A stretch of DNA of 64,000 nucleotides from Chiloscyllium plagiosum. Its lineage: Eukaryota. Location: assembly GCF_004010195.1 (NCBI RefSeq), contig NC_057728.1, positions 54,405,378 through 54,469,377 on the forward strand, in the 5' to 3' direction. A model generated the notes under the pieces. The model did no database searches. It saw only the letters and a program-made list of their open reading frames with translations, and had not been told where the DNA came from. Each line of letters starts with the position of its first letter. The stretch's first letter is position 1. Below, in pieces: positions 49,183-61,704 of this stretch. The position numbers were made by a program, and so were the translations under genes.

Positions 49183-51678
49183 GGCCCAGGCCTGGGTAGT
49201 GCCTGAAGACTGGACTGATGGAGTACTGTGGTATATAGGCTTGTACCCAAGCTTGAGCCTGGCTGTGGAGTAGATCGGAGCATGAGGTGAGCAAGGAGGT
49301 TCCCTGCTTGCCCTTCTTACCAAACGGGAGAAAACCTTGAAGAGCAGCCCAGCACAGGCCCAGATAGGGCGAGGACTGAAGAAGAATATTTTTTAGGAGC
49401 ACGGGTTGGCATTTCATCTCACCACCACCCCATCACTGCCCACTGCACCCTTCACCATGTGGCCCACTTTCTCCATGGCTTTCAGTGAGAAGGCAGAATG
49501 TATGAGGGGATTGTGACCAGAATGATCCAGGGCAGCAAAGCCTGTCCTTGTATCTCAATGACAACAAGCACACCACAGCTCAGAGAGCTGCTCACAGTGA
49601 AAGCATGTTGGAAGCAAAGTCCACAACAGATAAAAAGAATTAAGAAGTAAAGTGCGTGAGGAGGTCAGTGAGTTTAAATGGAGAGACAGATGAACAAACA
49701 AGAGCAAAAAATTCCCCTTTCTGTGCTGTTAGTGGGTCTTTTAAAAATTATATTCTACAAGCAATAATGTGATCATTTATAAATTGGCTTTTGACAATAA
49801 AAAAATCTTTGTTCATTTTCTGCAGTGTAAAGTATGGAACTCTCCTACTTAAATCAAAATGAACACTCTGCTTCTTTATAATTACAGACGTGTTTATTAC
49901 ATAGAATTATATGCTGTCTACTGCACAGAAACGGCCCATTCACCTCAGCCAGTCTAGGCCAGTGTATATACTCACACCCCAGCCTCTTCATCCCACCCCT
50001 CTATTCCGTTTTCCCTCTTTGTTCTCACAGCTTCCTCTGAATGAACCTATACTCTTCACCTCAACCACTCTGTGCAAGCTCCACATTCTAACTGCACTCT
50101 TGAGTAAAGAAAGTTATCTTCAACGTCCTGATTAAATTTATGAGTGGTTCGCAATTTTATAGCCTCCAGTGTTGATCATACCTCCCCCTCCACGAATGGA
50201 GCCATCTCGTAGACATCTACTCTATTGAACTCCTTCATAGTTTTGAAGACATCTATTGGGTCACTCCTCGGTCTTCTCTTTTTCAGAGAAAGGCATGAAG
50301 AAAACATGTACAGAACCGGAAAATGAGTTGCATTTTTGTGTCTTTAGATCTGTCACTCAGCCTAGCGGGTGCCTCAAGGACTATATGCTCCAGACTGATA
50401 GGCTTTGATCTTAGCCATGCACACATAGTTAACTGACAGCTCCAAATGTAAACAATTCCAGCCAGCCTCTCAATAACATACTTCAGTAATTGCAGGTGTC
50501 TGCTATGTGTCCTTTGTATATTTGGTTCTAAAAGGAAAGTTCAGCACTTAATTTAATGGAGTCAAGTGAGTGTCCACTGGGTTAGCAATTCCAGCTAACA
50601 CACACACACACACACAGTCTCACTCTCCAATGAACTCAGGATAAACATTTCCTTGTAATTGAAATTCCACACGAGCGATGCTTTGGATGGTACAGATGGA
50701 GGCCATCTGGCCCATTGAGTCAGCATTGGCCCTTCGAAGAACCCTGCAGAGCTTACCTAGCCCACAGATCCCTGGATAACGTGGGTAATTTAGCATGGTG
50801 AATCCACTTAATCTGCACACTTTTGGACTGTGGGAGGAAACCAGAACACCCAGGGGAAACGGAAAAATTGGAATTCTCTCCCTTGTTTTGAAATTCCAGG
50901 TTTTCCTTGAGTTCAAATATCACCATCTGCCATGGTGGGATTTGAACCCATATACCTGGAGCACTTGGTTGGAGCTCAGAGCTACTAGCCCAGTGACATT
51001 GCCACTACGCCAATATCTCCCCCTAGTGATCCGGTGCATTCAGTTACAAGACCAGGAAACCTAATCTGCTAATCTCTGGAACCAGCTAGAAGGATTATTT
51101 TTACATGTCCATGTTCCATTCACCGTTAAAGGTTGAAGGACCAGCCTATTAGTCATGGCGTTTGTTCTTAGAGCTATGTAACTAGATGTCGTATCTGTAC
51201 ATCTAGCTTACACCCTATACAATAATTCTTAGCTACACAGAGATGAAGGTAGTGACTACCGCTCATTAAAAACTCACTGATGTTTTATTTACGGAGGCAG
51301 AACAGGAAGAATAGCACACTCTGTGCAAGTAAAGTAAAATGTCTTTGTACTGGCACTGTAGTTGGATACAGTTTGCGTCAATAGCTTCACAAGATTGGCA
51401 AACAAATGCAAGATGTGTGCCAAGTGCTTTTCTATGAGGGTGTATTCGTTTAGAAGGCATACGTGTATAGTGTGTGATGTAAAATTAATCTGGTCAACTG
51501 TTGAACTGTGTTTCTGCAGACTGACGTGGGGAATAGGATTAGGACACACCTTATCCTGGAGCTGTTAGTTAATTGTTAAGATTGGGAGTGGTGAACTGAT
51601 TCCTTTACTTGTTCCACTCTTCTGCAGATCACAATAAAATTTGAATCTAAACAGGGAAGTGATGTTGGCAATTATATA

Positions 51679-51879
51679 CAGTAGTCCCCCCCATACCTGC
51701 GGGGGCTACATTCCAAGACTTACCGCGGAAGCCCAAAACTGCGGATATGAGACATTTACCTTCCTGGCAGCCCCCTGGTCCCTGGTTCTGGAATGTTCCC
51801 TGCAAAACGTATGGACAATGGTAAACCACAGGTAACTGAAACAGCAGTAACAGGACCCGTGGATACGGGGATCATCCTG
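51679..51879. mobile_element. Tigger/pogo-like MITE
   Basis: TA|CAGTAGTCCCCCCCATACCTGCGG...CCGTGGATACGGGGATCATCCTG|TA: imperfect TIRs with TA TSD. Confidence 0.7.
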
Positions 51880-52482
51880 TATATCAGACTATGTGTAGCT
51901 TAGTATCAGATACAAATTAGCCAGGCTCCTATAATAACAAAGAACACATTCATTGCAAACAAAACTTACTCAGGCAAAGATGCAAAGAAAAATAAAAGGC
52001 TTAAACTCTGCGAAATTGGATTTGAAATGTTAATTTTGGTTTTCTCTGCACAAATGCTGTGTTTCTCCAAATACACAACTACTCTTCTTGAGAACTAAAA
52101 CATCCTCTGAGCGTGGTAAGGAATATATAAAACTCTGCAGAGTGTTATCCTTTATTATTAAGTGTCAAGCCCTTGGTAAGTTGTTTGCACTGGAAAGCAA
52201 GCCCCACTATTCCACAATTTGTGACAGATGTGGAAGCAACTGATTTAATAACGGTGATGGTTAATGTCTGACTGTGATTACTACCTCAAATAAAAGCAAC
52301 TCACTTCAAGGTTCATTAAGAAACAGGAAAACAAAAACGTATTTTTTTTCAAACATATCCTCTGACAAATAACATAATAGCTCATTAATTACCAATATGT
52401 ACATGTAGACTGCAGCCCTGTTAAATATAAACACATGAATTCACAAATAGGACTGACAAATCAGATGAAACAAATAGTTTTC

Positions 52483-52812
52483 ATAGAATAGAATCCCTAC
52501 AATGTGGAAACTGGCCCTTTGGCCCTTCGGCCCAACAAGTCCACACTGACCTTCTGAAGACTAACCCACCCAGATTCATTCCCCTACCCTATTTTCCTAT
52601 ATTTACTCCTGGCTAATGCAACCATACATCCCTGAACAGCATGGGCAATTTAGCATGGCCTTTTGTGGGAGGAAACCAGAATACCTGGAGCAAACCCATG
52701 CAGACATGGGGGAAATGTACAAACTCCACACAGATAGTCACCCAAGGCTGGAATCAAGCTGGGGTTCTTGGTGCTGTGAGGCAGCAGTGCTAACCACTGA
52801 GCCACTGTGCCA
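52483..52812 (-). mobile_element. HE1-type SINE
   Basis: Same family as 26662. Confidence 0.85.
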
Positions 52813-53966
52813 TGCAAGAATATCATGGATGGAAAATACAGGCAAAAGGGAGCAAAGTCTGTGGATTAAGAGACAAGATCACAAGGAAATATTAGGTGCT
52901 TTCTCACTTTTTATTTTGGTTTTTGGCAATGACATATCCTTGTAACCAACCATTGCAATTGTCAACTCAGTATCTGGTCAGTTGGACCTAGGTCTTTGTT
53001 TGAGTTGGAAGCTCATTTTATCCAAGGCTTTGAGTGTTTGCTTGACAAAATTGCTGCTTAAGACCTATCGAAAATTTGTTACTCCATAGTTTATTTTTTA
53101 TCAACTCAAAGGCACTTGGTGCCAATTAATCTCACAAGATTATCAAATACAGTTTCTCCAAAAGTTTTAAATGAACACCACACAATTCCACTTTTGCTTT
53201 CGGTGAAAAAAAAACATTTTGTTTCTCTTTGCAACACAACAGTCCAAACTTTGTTTACAGTTTAAAATCCAAATAAGTGCTTGCATAAGTAACAATTAAC
53301 TTCCGAAAACAATTATTCTCATTGTTAAATGCTGATCTGTGGCTAAAGTCATCCTACACACCTGCTGGTGACACCAGGATGCCTCCTTTGATCAGTTATG
53401 TCTGTCTGAAGTTGCCCTTCTGGAAACAGTGTTGTCGATTTTGAATTTAGGAAACTTCCACTTATGGTGATGAGGTCTTCTAATGGATTCTCAGCTCAAA
53501 CACTTTGATGAGAGAGATGTCAGAGAAAGGGGGAGACAGTAAGTGTTGTTGCTTCTTATAAGTTGCCTCTCTATGTTCAAATTCAGCAGTTTTATCACAC
53601 CCACCAATCAGATCATGTAACCTCTTTCTGACTGTAAGGCAGAAAGTCAGTCAAGAAGATTGTGTTGTGTCCTTCTGGAACCAGTTTCCTTTGTCTTGCA
53701 AAGTATTTCTTCCAAAAGGTCCAACAAATCGATATATGTCCGGTCAATAATATTTGAAATCAACATTACAGATAACAGAGCTTTATAACAGTGTCATTGT
53801 TGTAGAAAATATCTAATCCTGTGGCCAGGAATACTTACCTCAGAGCTTTGCTGGGTTCTTCCAGTTGGCAGTCATCAGAAAACAGATTTTCCCTTTCGAT
53901 TAATTAGTTCCTTGAATAATGTTATGCTTATCATGGACTGTCCGTGTGGGAAATGGGAGCACTTAC

Positions 53967-54063
53967 CTATTTCAACAACAGCAATAAGCTGGATCATACC
54001 ATCAGTAAAACTGCCTGTTTCCATCTCATAACATTGCTGATTCTCATCCTCATCTTCACTCAC
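53967..54063 (-). other. Candidate 97-nt exon of an unidentified transcript
   Basis: TGTGTTTCATCAACAG acceptor, TAG|GTAAGT donor, single open frame VSEDEDENQQCYEMETGSFTDGMIQLIAVVEI; no recognisable homology. Confidence 0.2.
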
Positions 54064-54449
54064 CTGTTGATGAAACACAGGGCAGACTTTTCTGGTTCCC
54101 CCACCATCAGGTTTGCAGGGGGGAAGGAGATGTGTAAACTTATGCAGCTGACCTTCTCATACTCCCCCTCACATAACCTTTCCCCCAGCCTGTCCGCTAC
54201 ATAAAGTGGGGCAAGTAAACCTTTGGGTGATCTGCTTACCCACATCCATTTGAGGCTTTCAAGTGACCAATTATTGATTAATTTCTCCCCCATCTCACAA
54301 CCTCTGAATATATGCAGCCTTAAGCTAAAGGTTCTACATTCATTTTCATTTTCTTGACTTTCCCATTGTGCGATGATTTAGCCACACAATGAGCATGACT
54401 GTTGTTGACACAATGAGCACTATTTTCAGTTTGTAAGGTGACGTGGATC

Positions 54450-55290
54450 AGCTAACATCAGATAGTTGACCACAATACACAGTCAAAACATTTCAAGATG
54501 TGTACTAAGTGGGGAGCAACTAATATTACACCATCACCTCACTATCCATGCTCTGTCTAGCAGAACATGTGATCTGTATTATCAAATCAATGATCATTAC
54601 ATGTTGAACAATGAAATGAGTTTTCACATTGTATCGCAGTATTTTCTTGCAACATCATTGGGGGGATTAACATCCCTAGCACAACATATGCTCTGAAGGT
54701 AAGCTTGAACAAATCTGTCCAGCAACCAATTCTCTAGCCATTCTGATGAACAGGGTATTCTTCAAGGCAGAATAAAACAGAAGGAGATTCATGATGAGGG
54801 AGCAGGTACAAAACAGTGCACTAAAACTGTGCACTGAGCAGAGAGAGGCAGTTAGAAATACAAATACAAATACTTGGATATCAACAAAGGTTTCTGAAGT
54901 ATGCAGCCAGCCCAGATCATAGGCAGTCATTACTGATCATGATGCTTTATTGCGAAGGGACTCAGTCGACAACAATCATGTAGGATAAGAGTGAAGAACG
55001 TTTCAAAGATGATGATTGTGTGGTGCTGTCGAAGGACAGCAGCCAGCGACAAGCCAAACAAGTTGTGAAAAAAGTAAAGTACATAGCAATGTGTGATTCT
55101 ACAGATAGTTGAATGATCCCCAAATCATGATGAGTTATCAAACCTCCAAAGTGTTGACATTTGACATTTTAGTCTTAAAAACTCTGTTTTTCCTGTTTAT
55201 AAGATTGTCAAGTTGACAACATGTGCCTATGGTAACCATGTATATCTTTTCTGGGATAAGATTTATTATTTGGTAAAAGCGGGATGTTGT
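54450..55290 (+). pseudogene. Fossil Gypsy LTR-retrotransposon integrase 3' region
   Basis: SDS*PQYTVKTFQD/KWGATNITPSPHYPCS/LAEHV (cf. SDNGPQF..WG..H.TSSPHYPQSNGLAER); TWISTKVSEVCSQPRS*AVITDHDALLRR; PPT-like AAAAGCGGGA then TGTTG at 55285. Confidence 0.7.
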
Positions 55291-56272
55291 CGCGAGGTAT
55301 TTAATGTCCCCCATTTTGAGCTTGGTGATTGAGGGTGGGAGGCTGTAGATTTAATCAGATGGCAGCATGATGGTTTCCCACCTCTAATCTGACAAAATCA
55401 CAGGTGAGACAGTCCATGAAGAATTTCCTGCCCTGTCACCGATTGAGGTCCTTGAGTGAATAACTAATGCCCACTTCAGGGTCTTGTCATGCGGAGCTTG
55501 ATAAGCAAGCCTAGGCCTGTTGTCAGGGAATCAAGGACTGGTCAAAGGACCCAGAATCATGAAGGGGAGGCCCCAACAGAACAATGTACAAAGAAGATAT
55601 ACTAAGTCCAACTCATCTTGTATACTTCAAACTAGAGGTCCATACAAATAAGATGTTAATTTCCAAATGGGGCTGTTTATTTTACTGTTTTCCCATCTAC
55701 TACATGGATAGGAAAGGTTTAGAATGATTTGGGGCAAATGCAGGGCAATGGGGTTAGCCTGATTGGACCTTTTGGTTGGTATGGACCGGTTTGGGCTGAA
55801 GGGCCTGTCCCTGTGCTGTAGGACTCTGTGATTCTATGACCTGCTCTTGCTGTCATCTCCCCTGGTCCTTGTGATCCCTACGATGTGAGGATCCCCGCTG
55901 TCCCCATTCCTTACCGTTGGCTTTGGTGACTGTGGAACTTTATGCCTCTGTTCCACGTAATTCCAGCAGACCCCACCGCCTCTCCAGTGGTACCACTGAG
56001 CAGCAGTGCTGCTGGCCTCGGATTGTTCAGCAGTCAGCAGCAGACAGGGATTTCTTATCTCTGACATTCCTTGAACCCACAAAAAGCCTGCCAAAGGCTT
56101 GTTAACCCCCTTAATTGGTTGTGTTTTCCCCTTTCATCAAAGAGGAGAGCACACAACACTCACTGTCTCTCCAGACAGCGGCCATGATGCTTCTTGCCTT
56201 TAAGAAATTTCACCTTTCCGCCACAGGCCCTGTAGTCTGGGGTGAGGATCTGCAAACCTCCAAGGTCTCCTC

Positions 56273-57001
56273 GGGAGTGTTGCTGAACAAAGAGACCTTG
56301 GAGTGCAGGTTCATAGCTCCTTGAAAGTGGAGTCACAGGTAGATAGGATAGTGAAGAAGGCATTTGGTATGCTTTCTTTTATTGGTCAGAGTATTGAGTA
56401 CAGGAATTGGGAGGTCATGTTGCGGCTGTACAGGACATTGGTTAGGCCACTGTTGGAATATTGCGTGTAATTCTGGTCTTCTTCCTATTAGAAAGATGTT
56501 GTGAAACTCGAAAGGGTTCAGAAAAGATTTACAAGGATGTTGCCAGGGTTGGAGGATTTGAGCTTTAGGGAGAGGCTGAACAAGCTGGGGCTATTTTCCC
56601 TGAGCATCAGAGGCTGAGGGGTGACCTTATAGAGGTTTATAAAATCATGAGGGGCATGGATAGGATAAATATGCCAAGTCATTTCCCTGGGGTCGGGGAG
56701 TCCAGAACAAGAGGGCATTGGTTTAGGGTGAGAGGGGAAAGATATAAAAGGGACCTAAGGGGCAAGTTTTTCATGCAGAAGATGATATGTGTATGGAATG
56801 AGCTGCCAGAGGAAGTAGTGGAGGCTGGTACAATTGCAACATTTAAGAGGCATTTGGATGGGTATATGAATAGGAAGGGTTTGGAGTATATGGCTCTGGT
56901 GCTAGCAGGTGGGGCTAGATTGGGTTGGGATATCTGGTCGGCATGGATGGGTTGGACCGAAGGGTCTGTTTGCATGCTGTACATCTCTATGACTCTATGA
57001 C
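56273..57001 (+). mobile_element. HER1/CR1 3' fragment
   Basis: Colinear with 37190-37915. Confidence 0.92.
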
Positions 57002-57549
57002 TGTTCTTATTGTTCACTCACCAACATGGATTTGGACCTGGCCTGCACCAGAAATATTCAGACATGCGGAGGATGCCATTTTGGAACAAAAAGTACTTGC
57101 AACCACAAAAAGATTAACTGCTATGCATTAAAAATTTCGTGGCTGTGAATTCTGGGATCCATTGAAAGCACAGCATCTAAAGTGAAGGGAATTTAAACCA
57201 AGAGTGGTCAGAGTTTGGAAACAGCAAAGTGATTCTGAGTATAGCTAAAACAATTGATTTAAAGCTCAGATTCTGGTGTGTGTTGAGGATTAGTTACTGT
57301 TTCCTGTTTCATCTGGTTGCTATGTGTTTGATTCGGGATATATCGCACTTTGAAAACAGTGACCTTTGCAAATGAATGCAAGGCACCGAAAGAGAAATAG
57401 ATACTTTTTGAGGTAAAAGGAAAGAATTTAGTCTGAAATATGCTTTCTGCTTAAATGTTTAGCTTTGTAAGAGAGCAAGAAAAAACCTTGCTTTCCTGTC
57501 ATGCTTTTCACACTCTCAGAATATCATAAAAAGAATTAGAGTCAACCTG

Positions 57550-57640
57550 CACAACCACCTGATGAAGGAGCAGTGCTCCAAAAGCTAGTGCTTCCAAATA
57601 AACCTGTTGGACTATAACCTGGTGTTGTGTGATTTTTAAC
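57550..57640 (+). mobile_element. Family 2 pLTR fragment (ribozyme GAAA mutated to AAAA)
   Basis: CACCTGATGAAGGAGCAGTGCTCCAAAAGCTAGTG; shorter related fragments at 29000-29070 and 58298-58363. Confidence 0.8.
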
Positions 57641-58742
57641 CTCAACGAAATTATACAATTTCAATTTCAGGAGCTAATGTCTTCTCCAGCCTTATAACCC
57701 TCTGAAAATGCTACACTCGATTACATTAACACACCTCATTACAGGATCAGATAAGCACCCTTTTAACACCCTAGTAGCTAGGATTTGTAGATCATGGTAT
57801 CAAGTAGTCATCCCACCTCCCGGTCTGTCAGCTGTGACTCATTTGGTAGTAGTCTTGTCTCGGAGACATGAGATTCAATTCCCACTCCTGACGCCTAACC
57901 AGAAAATCCAATTTAATGCAGTAGTGGGGTGGGGTGGTGGTGGAGTGCTGCATTGTTGGAGGGACCTTTATGTGAATGTGCCATTAACCAGTGGCCCCAC
58001 CTACTGTCTCCTGTGGATTTAAAGTACTGTATGACACTAATTTTAAGAAGTGCAAGGGTGAGCTCTTTAGTACCGTAAGCAACAGTTGTCCCTGAATGAA
58101 CATGACTAATAAACTAGGCATTTATCTAATTGCTGTTTGTGGGACTCTGCTGAGTGAAAATAAACTGCCTTGCTTCCTACATTACAGCAGAGAGGAGACA
58201 ATAATGATTCTTAATTTGTTGTAAGACACTTTGAGGCTGAGAAACATTTGTATAAATATGCCTTCCTACTTCCCTCCCTCTCCATTCTTTTCACTAGCTG
58301 AAAGCTAGTGCTTCTAAATAAACCTGTTGGACTATAACCTGGCATTGTGTGATTTTTAACTTTCTCTGGAAGTGACAATTCTCATGGAGAGTCCAGTCAG
58401 ATGCAAATTCATGGTTAGCTGCCTGGAGGACATGAAGAAAAGTGACAGGGGTTTTGTTGGTTAGAAGAACTAACATATGTTTCTGCTGCTATTGATGTTT
58501 ATCCTGGATAGTGTATCATTTCCCTGGTACTAGAGTAAAAGATGCCTTTGAACAGCTGTAGAGCCCCATCAATGGAGAGGGTGAACAGCTCGCAGTCATA
58601 TTGATACTCAGAGAATAAGCAGACAGAGAGATGTGTTCCCTCAGTCAGAATATGGGCACTTGGGTAAAATATTAGCCAACAGGATCTCAAAAGTAACAAT
58701 CTCTCAATTACACGCACATACAAGTGAATATAGAAATGGAAA

Positions 58743-58877
58743 TCCATTCCTGATGAAGGGCTTTTGCCCGAAACGTCGATTTTCCTGCTCCTCGGATGCT
58801 GCCTGAACTGCTGTGCTCTTCCAGCACCACTGATCCAGAATCTGGTTTCCAGCATCTGCAGTCATTGTTTTTACCTC
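58743..58877 (+). mobile_element. Solo family 1 pLTR insertion with intact hammerhead core (58750-58777)
   Basis: CTGATGA-A-GGGC-TTTT-GCCC-GAAAC-GTC; TSD ATAGAAATGGAAA at 58730-58742 and 58878-58890. Confidence 0.9.
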
Positions 58878-60740
58878 ATAGAAATGGAAAGACAGAGGCA
58901 GGTGATTGCATGCAGGATGGTGCAGAAGGGAATACTTCAGATGTTTAGAACTTGGAGTCAGTTCCTGGGGAAATGGAGCATGTACAAGACTAACATGTTG
59001 CAGTTAAATAAACCTCAGACTAACTTTGTTACATGGTGATTTGCAAATGCTGTTGGGGTGGGTTAAACTAACTTGCCAAAGATATGGGAACCAGGAGGTA
59101 ATGGAGAGGGATAGCAAGGTGTAGAGAATATTAGGAGAGACAGATAGTACTACAGCATGAAATTACAGTTGCGTGTCTGAAATAAAGTATTAGGTGGGAT
59201 AAGCCTAAGATGAAAAACAATAAAGCTAAATTAGGAATACAACATGTTAATAATAATGTTTTTCATCCAGAGTTAGATGTTGCTGAATCATGGAGTTTAG
59301 ATCTGTTTCGAATCTTCCCCTTCTTTGAGTGGGTCAATTTCGATAATGTTACACTTAGTATCACTTCCCTAAAATAAATCTTTTCAACCCACCTGAAAGT
59401 TGTATTTTAAGTCGTCCAGATTTTAGGCAAATCTGACAATGCTGGGGTTCATAGGACCAACAAAATGGCAACACCATTAACTCTCATAGAGGTTGGTGCA
59501 CCCAGACTGGAAAAACTGGCACTCAACTGTGAGGCAGAAGAAGCTACTGTTATCTCCAACTCTCAACTCCTCGTTTCTGGTCTCTTAAGCATCCCTGATT
59601 TTAGTCACTCCAACACCCTGGTCACTAAGAATGTCTCTCTTAAAGGAGCAGGGATATCTCTATCCACGGATGTGCATGTTAAGTGGATTGGCTATGGGAA
59701 ATGCAGGGTTACAGGAAGAGGGTAGGGTAAGGGTGGGTCTGGGTGGAATGCTCTTCAAAGATTGGTGCAGGCTGGATGGGCTGAATGGTCTGCTTCTGCA
59801 CTGTAGGAATCCATTGATTGTATAAGTCTATCATCTCCCTAAATCTCTGACATCCTTTGAGGCACCCACTAAAGCCTCCCTCTTTAACTGAGGTTTTAAA
59901 CACCTGCCTTAGTATCACCTTTTGCAGCTCAGTGTCAAATGTTGATTCCAAGCGTCTGTGAAACAGCATAAAAGTGGTCATACAAATACAAATCGTCTTT
60001 GCTATTTAATATAAACATGATGTAATGGAATGTTTCCGCTGAAGGCAGCTATGGCATGGGCCTCAGGATAAAGCATAATGTTTGCTTCTGTGCAGTGCTC
60101 TCAGTTCCCTGTAGTCAAAGTAACCACAAATGCTGGAGTGAAGTTACTGCCTTCACATTTTTGGCTGTTTGCCTCAGAGCTTTATGCCCATCACTGTACA
60201 GGGCCAGCATCAAACTTTCTCTCTCGCAATGGACTGGGTCATTCCTTGGAGCGAGTCTAAACTCCAGGAAATTTTCTGTCATGATTGGATCACAACGACA
60301 TAGCCACATTCATTAAAAAATGTCCTCTGGCAATATGAGTTACTACCACAATTAGCACAGGTTTGCAAAAAGGTCAACTCATGTGTTACCTGATTATGAA
60401 AGTTAACTTTGATTCCAACTTATCTGCTGCTGATCCATTGAAGTCAGCTTTCCCAGTTAATTATTCTTACTCAGGAATTGCTCCTTCTCCTTCTCTATTG
60501 GCAACCAATTCATTATGATTGGTCACACAGGTGGTAGTGTCCCTGCCTCTGGATCAGCGAGGGCTGGGTTCAAGTCCCACCTGCTCCAGAAGTGTGCTGT
60601 AACATCTCTGAACAGATTGATTCTCGAAGCAACAACTACAATGTCCATTATTCCAAAACATTTTCCCCTATTAGTCTTGACTTGGTACTGAAAATGACAA
60701 CAGTAAACAGAACTCTGTTGACCCTGCAGAGCTCCCCTCT

Positions 60741-61021
60741 GATTAGATTCCTACAGTGTGGAAACAGGCCCTTTGGCCCCACCTACGCTCTGAAGAGTAA
60801 CCCACCCAGACCCATTTCCCTCTGACCAATGCACCTAACACTATGGGCAACTAAGCATGGCCAATTCACCTGGCCTCTGGGAAGAAACCGGAGAACCCAG
60901 AGGAAACCCACGCAGACACAGGGAGAATGTGCAAACTCCACATAGACAGTCACCCAAGGCTGGAATCGAGCCTGGGTCCCTGGCACTGAGGCAGCAGTGC
61001 TAACCACTGAGCCACTATGCC
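60741..61021 (-). mobile_element. HE1-type SINE
   Basis: Same family as 26662. Confidence 0.85.
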
Positions 61022-61704
61022 ATCACTCTAAGGACTAGAGCTGTCTCACAGACTAGTCAAGCAACAGCCTGATATCGTCACACTCATGGAATCATACCTT
61101 ACAGACAATGTCCCAGACATCTCTATCACAATCCCTGTCCCACCAGCAGCACACACTCAGCAGCCGTGGCAGGAACATTGACTTATAGCATCAGGTCAAA
61201 CACCGGCAAGGAAACCTCCTGCTGATTACCTCCCGGCTGCTGGATCAGTACCAGTCCATGTTGAACACCCCTTATAGGGAGCACTGAAGGTGGCAAGAGT
61301 GTAGGGTGTACTCTAGGTGAGGACTTCAATGTCCATCATCAAAAGTGTCACAGCAGCATCACTAAAAATTGCTGTTTGGCTGGGTCTGCGGCAGATGGTG
61401 AGAGAATGAACAAGAGGGAAAAGCATACTTAACCGTTGTGAATTAAAAGGTGACTGCTGTGTTTCTAACATTAGTAAGGCTATAAATTTGTCCAATAGAA
61501 GGAGAAGTCTACTTTGGTGGGCCCTTGTCTTTCCTTGTACAGTATCTGGTTTTCTTATTATGTAGGATAACTTTGATGCTGAAACAGATCACTCAGCTCC
61601 ACCACTCCGTACTAGTGTTTATCCTCTTGTAAAGACCATGTCTTTTTATTTTTGTGGTTTCTATTGTTGTGGACTGAAATGAGAAAGAACTGTTTTAATA
61701 CCAA

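Noticed and set aside
51266..51568. Overlapping Cys-rich short ORFs
   Set aside because: No recognisable motif spacing or homology; comparable ORFs on both strands suggest chance
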